Shown: positions 10,430 to 19,139, counted from the first letter of the stretch. The stretch: DNA of 64,000 nucleotides from Microcoleus sp. (GCA_052279835.1 CP181291.1:3968001-4032000); one strand, 5' to 3'. The notes: generated by a model not told the origin, from the sequence alone. Made by a program: numbers and translations.

Positions 10430-10491
10430 AGAAACCGGGTTTTTGCGAAAATATTCGTTACAGCCCGTAAAAACCGCAAAAAACCCGGTTT
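10430..10491. repeat. REP-like inverted repeat (AGAAACCGGGTTT...AAACCCGGTTT)
   Basis: Further copies at 1-15, 1756-1787 and 27212-27275. Confidence 0.7.
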
Positions 10492-10511
10492 GTTTGATTT
10501 TGATGCGGTGT

Positions 10512-10772
10512 TTATCGAATTACTGTCGGCGCTGCAATTGCTACTTCTAAGTCTGGTTGCAAGTCAAAGACTACGACAAACCTTACTTGAGGCATTAGTT
10601 GACGCAAACACAGCAAATGGCCGTCAGCGTCCGATCGACTGCGGAACCGTCCCACAATCGCCCGCTGCATACTGGGCATGAGTTTGGCGATCGCCCAAGG
10701 GTAAAGCCGTTTTTGGTACGCGATCGCACCAGGATTCGCTGGGAATCCCTGTTGATAACCGTTTTGTGGCAT
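10512..10772 (-). CDS. small cyanobacterial hypothetical protein
   Basis: LYPWAI..L.P.MQR.IVGRFRSRSDADGHL pattern; divergent from an HTH gene and has a plausible own promoter. Confidence 0.6.
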   Translation of the reverse strand: MPQNGYQQGFPANPGAIAYQKRLYPWAIAKLMPSMQRAIVGRFRSRSDADGHLLCLRQLMPQVRFVVVFDLQPDLEVAIAAPTVIR

Positions 10773-10856
10773 GATGATTTAGTATCCTCTATGGACTACA
10801 GGAAAGGGCGTTAGTAAGTCTCTTGCCGGAAATCGACTAACGCCTCTACTACTATG

Positions 10857-10904
10857 ATTAAACACCAAACAGACTTTCTATGTCAATATTTAGCGCTAAA
10901 TATT
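10857..10904 (-). promoter_or_regulatory. sigma70-like promoter overlapped by a perfect 20-bp palindrome (putative operator)
   Basis: Minus strand TTGACA (10886-10881)-18 bp-TTTAAT (10862-10857); AATATTTAGCGCTAAATATT at 10885-10904. Confidence 0.55.
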
Positions 10905-10936
10905 AACGCTTATTCTGTCAAAAGGTTCGGTCAGCT

Positions 10937-11176
10937 ATGGATCTGAGAGCCTTAAGAGAACGTGCGGGGCTGAAAATTATAGACGTAGCACATATACTAG
11001 AATGTGCTGAATCTTCAATTCGCAACTGGGAAAAGGGCCGAACATTGCCAAAGATGGAAGTTTGGCAAGTATTCCGAATGCGGGACTTGTATCGATGTAC
11101 CGAAGCGGAGTTAGTGCTAGCTGTCAGAAAGTCAATGCCGACGGAAAAAAAAGAACAGGAAAAACCGACGGAGTAA
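10937..11176 (+). CDS. XRE-family helix-turn-helix regulator
   Basis: LRALRERAGL..DVA..L...ESSIRNWEKG. Confidence 0.85.
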   Translation: MDLRALRERAGLKIIDVAHILECAESSIRNWEKGRTLPKMEVWQVFRMRDLYRCTEAELVLAVRKSMPTEKKEQEKPTE

Positions 11177-11199
11177 CAATAATCTCTTAGTCCGCGCAG

Positions 11200-11470
11200 A
11201 TCGATCGTCTTTTAAACCCGCCCCCACCCAACGGAAAATCCCCATCTACCTGTAGGAGTCTGTTTATCAACCAATGGGGCCGGGGCGGGTTTTTGAGATT
11301 GTTAGTTTATCGAATTTATTATATAAGTAGGGGCGGGTTTTACCAACAATAATTGTCTAAAATCGATCATCTTTTAAACCCGCCCCCACCCAACGGAAAA
11401 TCCCCATCTACCTGTAGGAGTCTGTTTATCAACCAATGGGGCCGGGCCGGGTTTTTGAGATTGTTAGTTT
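11200..11470 (+). repeat. 109-bp direct repeat (11200-11308, 11362-11470) made of REP-like aaacccgccc/gggcgggttt arms
   Basis: Two near-identical copies with a period of 162 bp. Confidence 0.85.
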
Positions 11471-11501
11471 GAGGCGATGATGGTTGGTAAAACCCGCCCC
11501 T
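11327..11501. repeat. GTAG-type REP inverted pair; right arm split by IS110 insertion
   Basis: GTAGGGGCGGGTTTTACCAAC (11327-11347) versus GTTGGTAAAACCCGCCCCT (11483-11501) + AC (13189-13190). Confidence 0.85.
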
Positions 11502-11520
11502 TGTATCTTAAAAGAGTGAG

Positions 11521-11912
11521 TCAGTCGATCGCCACGTCATTGATTCAATCATACCGACTTTCAGGCGATCGAGCCGACTTTCAGGCGATCGTACCGATAA
11601 TCAGGTGATCAAGCCAACAATCAGGCGATCGTACCAACAATCAGACGATCGTACCGACAATCAGTCGATCGTACCGACAATCAGTCGATCGTACCGACAA
11701 TCAGTCGATCGTACCGACAACCAGTCGATCGTACCGACAACCAGTCGATCGTACCGACAACCAGTCGATCGTACCGACAACCAGTCGATTGTACCGACAA
11801 CCAGTCGATCGTACCGATCATCAGGCGATCGTACCGACAACCAGTCGATTGTACCGACAACCAGTCGATCGTACCGATCATCAGGCGATCGTACCGACAA
11901 CCAGTCGATCGA
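11521..11912 (+). repeat. tandem array of about 20 x 20-bp units, consensus (t/c)cagtcgatcgtaccgacaa
   Basis: Strict 20-bp register with no spacers; units 14-16 are repeated as units 17-19. Confidence 0.95.
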
Positions 11913-11974
11913 GCCTCTAAGCAAAGCGAATCTAAAGAAACAAGGAAAGTTTAGTACAAATGGTTCTGTAACAG

Positions 11975-12150
11975 CAGAAAGTGTTCTGATAGGACATCAG
12001 AAATCGGTGAAGTTGGCCCGCCCCTTAGACTGCATAAGTCTGTTGCGTAGATAAGCGGACATTACTGATGACAGGCGCACCTAAAACTGGACAGTATCTT
12101 AGGCTCTCGGCATTATCGGGAAAGCCTGCATTGACAAGGTTAGTATTCAA
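11975..12150 (+). ncRNA. IS110 bridge RNA (ends approximate)
   Basis: Target guides CCCGCCCCT (12017-12025) and GTAG (12047-12050) flank the stem AGACT/AGTCT. Donor guides ACAGTATCT (12091-12099) and ACAAG (12134-12138) flank the stem AGGCT/AGCCT. Confidence 0.85.
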
Positions 12151-12197
12151 TTGCCTGTCGGTTCTTTCATAAAATCGGAGTACATCTGGAGCAAACA

Positions 12198-13170
12198 ATG
12201 ACATCAACAGTCTTAGGTATAGACATCAGTAAAAGAGACTTTTATGTCTCATTACTGAAAGAAGGTCCTGCGACAAAACCCAAAAAATTCACTAACAATA
12301 TTCAAGGGTTTGAGAGTTTACATAACTGGCTTCAACAACAAAATGTAGTAGAACTCCATGCTTGCATGGAAGCTACTAGCATCTATGGAGAAGCCTTAGC
12401 CGAATTCCTTTATGGGGAAGGCTTTCAGGTAAGTATCGTCAATCCCGCTCGTATTAAAGGGTTTGCCAAAAGCGAACTTCTGAGAACTAAAACTGACTCC
12501 GTAGATGCAGCATTAATTGCCCGTTTTTGTGCGGCAATGAAACCATCATTATGGACACCTACCGCACCCGAAGTTAAGGAATTACAAGCCCTGTTACGGC
12601 GGCTCGAATCAGTCACCGAAATGATGACGAGCGAACAAAACCGTTTGGAAACAGCTACGCCAACTGTTGCTGCCCTTACCCAGTCACATTTGGACTATCT
12701 CAAACAGCAACAACAACTAATCAAAAAACTGATTAGCGACCATTTTGACCAACACCCACATTTAAAACAACAGCGTGACCTCTTGACCTCAATTCCTGGA
12801 ATTGGTGAACAGACAGCATCCGTGTTGTTAGCTGAAATTCGTGATGTTTCCGATTACAACAATGCCCGTCAACTAGCAGCTTATGCGGGTTTAACACCCT
12901 GTGAGCGCAGTTTCTGGGACTTCAGTTAAAGGCAAAACTCGTTTGTCCTGCACCGGCAATGTCCGACTCCGAAAGGCGTTGTACTTGCCTGCGGTAGTGG
13001 CGATGCGTTACAACCCGTTGCTGAAAGCTATGAGTGACCGATTATTGGGACGTGGAAAGGTCAAAATGCAGGTGATTGGCGCTCTGATGAGGAAATTGGT
13101 GCATTTGGCTTTTGGGATTTTAAAGTCCCAAAAGCCCTTCGATCCTAATTATTTGACTGCTACCCCTTGA
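12198..13170 (+). pseudogene. IS110 recombinase, +1 frameshift at 12911-12913
   Basis: GIDISK, MEAT, KTD..DA (DEDD) and IPGIG, YAGL.P in one frame; SGTS..LRKALY.PA..MRKL in the next frame. Confidence 0.88.
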
Positions 13171-13203
13171 CAGGTCAAGACAGTATCTACAGCCAATAAT
13201 AAA

Positions 13204-13788
13204 TCACTCTTTTGTCAATACAAAAACACTTCCTTCATTCCCGCGCCCAATCCGCAAATCGCTATCCAAATAAGTAATATCCAGCCATCCCTGCTGTTCC
13301 CGTGCATCCATCCCAAAATCTATAGCAGCGAACTTTTTACCTGACTCAATTTCATTGATAAACTGCATCGGAGATTCATAGCCAATCAAGCTGCGTAAAC
13401 CTAAAATTGACCTATCAAATTTTACCTGCACTCGACGTTCTGAGGTTGCTTCAAATTTAGCTGCTACGCTAGCTATGGCTTCTAAGTAAGGCAATCCATA
13501 AAACTCTGCAATGTTATAAAGTTTAGATTCTTTAACTCGGATACATTGATAAATTTGACCTAGTTTTAATAAGGGAAAATTGTCAAAATTTAGCAACGAG
13601 CTGCTGGTAGTGTACAATAACCGCCAATCCCCATTTAACAGCTCTGCGGCTTCTACAGGGCGGGGTGTGGGGTTGAAATCTTCCAATTGGGCGATCGCAC
13701 TTAAAATCGCCTGTTTGTCGCTGGGAGTGGCGAGCAAGCCGCGATTTTTACCCGCAATTATTTCTAATAGTCCAGATTTTCCAATCAT
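13204..13788 (-). CDS. PAP/fibrillin family protein
   Basis: NRGL.A, NPTP.P, L.GDWRLLYTT and GWLDITYLD.DLRIGRGN.GSVFVL motifs. Confidence 0.9.
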   Translation of the reverse strand: MIGKSGLLEIIAGKNRGLLATPSDKQAILSAIAQLEDFNPTPRPVEAAELLNGDWRLLYTTSSSLLNFDNFPLLKLGQIYQCIRVKESKLYNIAEFYGLPYLEAIASVAAKFEATSERRVQVKFDRSILGLRSLIGYESPMQFINEIESGKKFAAIDFGMDAREQQGWLDITYLDSDLRIGRGNEGSVFVLTKE

Positions 13789-13794
13789 GATTTT

Positions 13795-13892
13795 ATTTGT
13801 TGACTGTTGACTGTTATTTGTTGTTAGCTGCTACCAATCACTAACAACAAATAACAAATAACTAATGACTAATGACTAATGACTAATGACTA
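13795..13892. repeat. heptamer short tandem repeats (ttgactg / aatgact types)
   Basis: Visible 7-bp periodicity between the two genes. Confidence 0.7.
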
Positions 13893-15552
13893 AGATGCCA
13901 AACTTCACAAAATAGAGCAGAGTCCGATATAGGTCTGCTAATTCTTGCTGGTTTTTAACATAGCGTGCGATCGCGTCTCCCACGCTGACAGCACCTTCTT
14001 GCTTAATTGTCTCCAAGATCTCCATCTGAATGCTAACAGAAATTCTCCGGTCTTGACCAAAACTGGTAAACCAAATGGTTTGTAACTGCCTCACAAGTTC
14101 CGGTGTGGCTATTTTACCCAGACTCAGCATCATCTCATTGCTTAAAGTTCGAGTCGAATAATGGCTTAACACCCGAAATGGATCGTCACCCAGGGGATAA
14201 GGTGGCATTCCTGGTTTTACAGGGGCAGATTCTGGTGCAAGAAGGCGAATTTCTGCCAATTCTCGCCACAACTGTTCGTAAGCGGCAATTACCACTTTCC
14301 AATCATAAACTTCCCTGGCTCTTTGTCGGGCATTTTCCCCCATCCGCTTTCTCAATTTGCTGTCTGCAATTAATTGACACAAAGCGCGAGTGCAAGCATC
14401 GATGTCAACCGCTGTGGCTAGGGAAGTATGACCCATGTAAGTGGGCCAATTTAAACTATCATCTAGATAATTTATGGCTAAGTCTAAACAAGATTCCGGT
14501 GGCGGTATCAGTGTGGGAATTCTGAAACCATCTATTTCGTGGCGGACTGATTCTTTGTATCCGTTCCAATCGGAGACTATACAGGGCAATCCATTCGCCA
14601 TCGCTTCAATGGGGGTCAGCCCAAAGGTTTCTTGAATGTTGTCGGAAAGCGAAATAAAAATATCGGCCGCCGACCAAATATTGACTCTAATTTCTGGCTT
14701 TCTTCCGTCTAAGAAAATAGTATTTACTGAGGGACAAAATACTTTGGCGCTGTTTTTAAAGTCGGGTTCTTCTCTCGGATCTTCGATCCAACCGGCTTGG
14801 ATTAAGTGAATTTTAGTCTTGGTTTGTTGCGCTGCGCCTTCCAGGGCCATGTACATTGGTACCGGATGAGCTTTTGCGGAAAAGGTTAATCTCCCGACAA
14901 ATAATACGACTATATCGTCGGCAGAAATTCCGAGTTCTTGCCGCTGTTGATGCCGACTATTGAGTGCGTCTACGCCTTGTGCAAAGGCGCTGCAATCGAC
15001 TCCTAGGGGAATAACTGGCAATTTGACCAAAATTTCGGGTTTACCGCCTGTACGCTGTGCTAGGTACTCGCCCCAGCTAGTCATTACTTGTTCGACGGTG
15101 TGTTTGACGGCGGCAGAGGTGCAGATGAGGGCGTCCCAAGGTTGTACTGGTGCTGTGACTAAATTTCCGATCGCATCCATGACATACTTAGTAGCGATCG
15201 TGTGGGTAACGCCGCAAACGCTGTAGGCCCGCTGATTGACAAATCGACGTCCCCAAACCATGTCTGAAAGAGCTGGATCGGGTCGGTAAATTGTACCAGG
15301 TGCAGATAGCAAATCGGGTCGCTCTGTCTTAATCCACCGGACTTTCCGAGGTTGGGACAGCCAGGGCTGAATGCGGGTACAAAACTCTTGAAATGTGGCT
15401 TCGCTGTCGGCGCAACAGTAGAGAGAGTCCGCAGTTCCGTGTTGGACGAAGCTTTTGAGAAATCCTTCTCCGGCGGAATGACGCCCTAGAAGCCTTTTGC
15501 CACCTGTGTCGTAGCCATCCTTGGTGTATAAAACTGCTGCTGTTATGTCCAT
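13876..15552 (-). CDS. glycosyltransferase family 4 (GT-B)
   Basis: LFVGRL, ETFGLTPIEAMANGLP.IVSDWNG motifs. Confidence 0.9.
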   Translation of the reverse strand: MDITAAVLYTKDGYDTGGKRLLGRHSAGEGFLKSFVQHGTADSLYCCADSEATFQEFCTRIQPWLSQPRKVRWIKTERPDLLSAPGTIYRPDPALSDMVWGRRFVNQRAYSVCGVTHTIATKYVMDAIGNLVTAPVQPWDALICTSAAVKHTVEQVMTSWGEYLAQRTGGKPEILVKLPVIPLGVDCSAFAQGVDALNSRHQQRQELGISADDIVVLFVGRLTFSAKAHPVPMYMALEGAAQQTKTKIHLIQAGWIEDPREEPDFKNSAKVFCPSVNTIFLDGRKPEIRVNIWSAADIFISLSDNIQETFGLTPIEAMANGLPCIVSDWNGYKESVRHEIDGFRIPTLIPPPESCLDLAINYLDDSLNWPTYMGHTSLATAVDIDACTRALCQLIADSKLRKRMGENARQRAREVYDWKVVIAAYEQLWRELAEIRLLAPESAPVKPGMPPYPLGDDPFRVLSHYSTRTLSNEMMLSLGKIATPELVRQLQTIWFTSFGQDRRISVSIQMEILETIKQEGAVSVGDAIARYVKNQQELADLYRTLLYFVKFGILVISH

Positions 15553-15992
15553 TCTGGGATTTCTCGTCCTTGATGCAAGTTGTAGAGATATTCACTGGGA
15601 AATCTTTAATAACCCAAAAGCGATAAAAGCTTTACTCTAAAAGAGTTTGAGCTTTTGAGATTGGATGTGTAGAGTGGATGGGATGGATTCAATGGTCGAT
15701 CGCCATTTATCCGAATATATCCGAGGAGAAGTGACAAAATCTGGTTTCAAACTAAAATATTACTGCAAAAAGATGATGACTCCGAACGGATTTTGTGCTA
15801 ATCTAGCGGCCAAGCCTGGGTACGATCGCCTTAACCATAGGCCATCGTACCTCGATCCGGAACCAAAAGGAGCCTGTGGTATAATGCTTTAGCTCTGCTA
15901 AATACCCGATTTCCAAGGCTACATCAAAGTAGTGGTGAGGCAAGCAAATTACCTCAATTCGATCGAGTATTTGTGTTTAAAAACCGAGAATT

Positions 15993-16232
15993 ATGTACAA
16001 CCCATCTCTGCGTCAAATACCCCGCCATCTACCTGCTGATGTCATTCCATTAAAGCAGCAATCTTCTCTGTTAGATTGGCTGGAATCTACCAATCGCCTG
16101 TTAGCAAGGGATGTTCAAGAACCGGACTATCTACACGAAGAAGAAATCTCAGAATTGATGGCAGTTGACGACAACCCCTATGATGACTTAGACGACGAAG
16201 TTGATGACGATGTGGCTGCTGGCGATGACTAA
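15993..16232 (+). CDS. DUF3134-like small acidic protein
   Basis: NPSLR..PR..PA.VIPLKQ..SLLDWLE..RL..R; precedes mraY; extended -10 TGgTATAAT at 15877-15885. Confidence 0.75.
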   Translation: MYNPSLRQIPRHLPADVIPLKQQSSLLDWLESTNRLLARDVQEPDYLHEEEISELMAVDDNPYDDLDDEVDDDVAAGDD

Positions 16233-16449
16233 CGACTAATAGACATCTCCTAAAAAGAAAGTCAAGAACAAGCTAAAGGGCTGGTTCTACAATAATTACG
16301 GGAGAAGTCTAATACCGACTAAGAGGGTGCAGCACTTAGCTAGTAACAGGGAAGACAAAAACTCATAACTTCCCCGATAGTCAATGCCATACCCAAATTA
16401 CCAAAATGTCAATTTTCTTGTTATCAAATGGTGTGTGGTGAGGAGTTTT

Positions 16450-17565
16450 ATGGATAACTTTTTGGATGAGAAAGTTTCTTTGAGTATGCCTTTAAAACTT
16501 ACAGGCAGGAATTTATTCCTGCTGCTGAGTTTGGGGCTCGGCATTGCATCTATCGGTTTAGATTTGGCCGCTGGTAGATTTTTAAATTCACCTACATCCC
16601 TATTTATACCGCTAGTTGTTTGTGCTTTGTGCGCAGCGGGTTTGGGTTCTGTAGTTGTACCTTTACTTCAAAAACTCAAAGCCGGACAAATAATCCGCGA
16701 GGACGGCCCTCAAGCACACTTGAAAAAAGCGGGAACCCCCACCATGGGAGGCATATTTTTTGTGCCTGTAGGAGTCGCTGTAGCCTTACTTTGGTCTAGG
16801 TTTAACTCTGATGTGGTGGCAGTTTCTGCTCTAACTTTAGCTTACGGTTTTATCGGCTGGTTGGATGACTGGCAAATTCTGCGCCGCAAGTCGAATAAAG
16901 GTATTTCTCCTCGGATGAAGTTGGCTTTGCAAATAGGTTTTGCTGCTCTATTTTGTCTGTGGCTAATGTTTCATCAACCCACTATTTCTACAAATATTCC
17001 TTTGCCATTTGGGATAGTATTGCCCTTAGGTTTGCTGTTTTGGCCGCTGGCTGGTTTTGTGCTGGTTGCCGAAAGCAATGCTACTAATCTTACGGATGGC
17101 GTTGACGGATTGATGGGTGGTTTGGGGGCGATCGCACTTTTAGGATTAGGTGCATCTGTAGCTTCAACTTCACCCGAATTAATGATATTTTGTGTCTGTA
17201 TGAGCGGCAGTTGTTTGGGTTTCTTGACTCACAACCGCAATCCAGCCCGCGTGTTTATGGGCGATACAGGTGCCTTGGCCTTGGGAGGTGCTTTGGCTGC
17301 GGTAGCTTTATTAACTAATAGCCTTTGGATATTATTAATCATCAGCATCATTTTCTTGGTAGAAACGCTGTCAGTCATAGCTCAAGTCAGTTATTACAAG
17401 GCTACAAAAGGGCCCGATGGCATCGGCAAGCGTCTGTTAAAAATGGCTCCTCTGCACCATCATTTAGAGTTGTCTGGCTGGTTAGAAACTCAGGTTGTAG
17501 GTATATTTTATTTGACTAACGCCTTGCTGGTGTTAATGATTGTTTTGTTGACGGGCAACAGTTGA
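16450..17565 (+). CDS. mraY: phospho-N-acetylmuramoyl-pentapeptide transferase
   Basis: KAGTPTMGG, DD, NLTDGVDGL, VFMGDTG and MAPLHHHLE motifs; start chosen after GAGGAG. Confidence 0.95.
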   Translation: MDNFLDEKVSLSMPLKLTGRNLFLLLSLGLGIASIGLDLAAGRFLNSPTSLFIPLVVCALCAAGLGSVVVPLLQKLKAGQIIREDGPQAHLKKAGTPTMGGIFFVPVGVAVALLWSRFNSDVVAVSALTLAYGFIGWLDDWQILRRKSNKGISPRMKLALQIGFAALFCLWLMFHQPTISTNIPLPFGIVLPLGLLFWPLAGFVLVAESNATNLTDGVDGLMGGLGAIALLGLGASVASTSPELMIFCVCMSGSCLGFLTHNRNPARVFMGDTGALALGGALAAVALLTNSLWILLIISIIFLVETLSVIAQVSYYKATKGPDGIGKRLLKMAPLHHHLELSGWLETQVVGIFYLTNALLVLMIVLLTGNS

Positions 17566-17625
17566 CCGCGAATTGGGTAAGGCATTGTGCAGGGGATGTA
17601 AGAGATATTTTATACTATTCTCAAT

Positions 17626-17690
17626 AACAGGCAAGATGCCTGTTCCACAAGAATTCAAAGGTAGTTGTGGAATGGGCATCTTGCCCGTTT
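17626..17690. repeat. dispersed hairpin repeat (aacaggcaagatgcctgttccacaa...ttgtggaatgggcatcttgcccgtt)
   Basis: Long imperfect inverted repeat. Confidence 0.65.
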
Positions 17691-17842
17691 AAGGCTCATA
17701 AGTTATAATTTCGAGAATTGATATCCCCAGTTAATGCAATAGACATCTCCCATAATTATTGTGGAACAGGCAGGATGCTTGTTCTTGACAAGCTTTTTGG
17801 GAGATGTCTAATGGAACTTAATAACGCTTTTTAATTATTTGA

Positions 17843-17878
17843 ATGAACCGCGAAGACGCGAAGAGCGCGAAGGAAGAG
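17843..17878 (+). repeat. solo arm of the GxxExxY-associated repeat
   Basis: ATGAACCGCGAAGACGCGAAGAGCGCGAAGGAAGAG matches arms at 43750-44598. Confidence 0.8.
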
Positions 17879-17887
17879 TTGTTTTGA

Positions 17888-18913
17888 ATGATTAAAATGT
17901 TTTTACCCGAAGTTTCGGTGGTAGTGCCAATTTACAACGGCGAGGCGGATTTGCCGGAGTTAATTGAGTGTTTGCGATCGCAAACTTATCCACCAGACAA
18001 AGTAGAATATATATTAGTAGACAACAACAGTCGCGATCGCACTTCAGCAATCCTCGAAACAGCAGCCTCTAACCCCCCCTCAGTCCCCCCCTTGGTAAGG
18101 GGGGGAGGTAAGATAGGAGTTTCTAACCCTACTTTGGTAAGGGAGGGAGGGAATTTGGATAGAATAACTATTCGCCACCTCACTGAAAACCAGATTCAAA
18201 GTTCCTACGCCGCCCGCAACCAAGGAATTCACAACTCGAAAGGTGAAATCATTGCCTTTACTGATGCAGACTGTCGCCCGGAATCTGACTGGCTGGAAAA
18301 TTTAGTTAAGCCTTTTGTGAATCCAGAAATCGCGATTTCCGCCGGGGAAATACTCGCATTGCCCGGTAAAACTATTTTAGAACAACACGCCGATCGCCAA
18401 AATACTCTATCTCAAAAACATACACTCGCTCACCCTTTTTGTGCCTACGGCCAAACTGCCAATTTAGCTGTACGCAGACAAGTTTTAGCAGAAGTTGGTT
18501 TATTTCGCCCCTACCTTACGAGTGGTGGCGATGCGGATTTGTGCTGGCGGATTTTGCGGGAAACATCTTATAAGTTGGATTTTGTCGAAAGTGCCATTGT
18601 GCGACACCGACACCGCAGTACATTAAAACAGTTGCAAAGTCAATGGTATCGGTACGGTGAATCTAATAAATACTTGCACGAACTCCACGGTGTCGATTTG
18701 ATGCGAGAATTGACAACACAGGAATATTTGTATCGGCTGGCGAGGTGGCTGTTGAAGGAATTGCCGGTTGCTGCGGTCAAAAGCGCGATCGACAGGAAGA
18801 ATCTGGTAGATTTGTTCAATACGCCGATCGGTCTAGTGAATGTTAGGTCAAGGGCGATCGGACAGCTAAGAGCGAAACTTCCCGAATCCGCTTGGGAAAT
18901 AGAGCCGTTTTAA
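17888..18913 (+). CDS. glycosyltransferase family 2
   Basis: VSVVVPIYN, VDNNS.D, ARNQG, FTDADC and GGDADL motifs. Confidence 0.9.
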   Translation: MIKMFLPEVSVVVPIYNGEADLPELIECLRSQTYPPDKVEYILVDNNSRDRTSAILETAASNPPSVPPLVRGGGKIGVSNPTLVREGGNLDRITIRHLTENQIQSSYAARNQGIHNSKGEIIAFTDADCRPESDWLENLVKPFVNPEIAISAGEILALPGKTILEQHADRQNTLSQKHTLAHPFCAYGQTANLAVRRQVLAEVGLFRPYLTSGGDADLCWRILRETSYKLDFVESAIVRHRHRSTLKQLQSQWYRYGESNKYLHELHGVDLMRELTTQEYLYRLARWLLKELPVAAVKSAIDRKNLVDLFNTPIGLVNVRSRAIGQLRAKLPESAWEIEPF

Positions 18914-19032
18914 TATTTTAGAGCCATCAATCATGGATTCCATCGAAAGTGCGATCGACCGTTCTCGCTTTGTATACAAACTTGTTTATCAATAAGTAAA
19001 AACACTGATACATCGAGTCCGCTGGCGATCGG

Positions 19033-19138
19033 ATCTCAAATCCGTTGGTATCGTCATGTATTCATCTCTCTCTTCTCCTCCTCTGTGCCCTCTGCGCTCT
19101 CTGCGGTTAAATCATTCCGATACAACCGTAAACGATAT
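19033..19138. repeat. MITE-like repeat containing a ctctgcg-periodic arm ending ggttaaatcattccgat
   Basis: Homologous to 1589-1692; arm also present at 24590-24640. Confidence 0.6.
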
Positions 19139-19139
19139 T

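Larger units (their letters stand above)
11500..13188 (+). mobile_element. IS110 family (IS621-like) insertion sequence
   Basis: CT core at both ends: CCCGCCC-CT-TGTAT (left) and ACAGTAT-CT-ACAG (right); long left non-coding end; DEDD/Tnp20 recombinase. Confidence 0.92.

Noticed and set aside
11521..11912. CRISPR array
   Set aside because: Units are contiguous with no unique spacers, and there are no cas genes.
11605..12054. ORFs 11605-12054, 11661-11924 and 11681-11881
   Set aside because: They are open only because the 20-bp repeat lacks stops, and there is no protein-like content.
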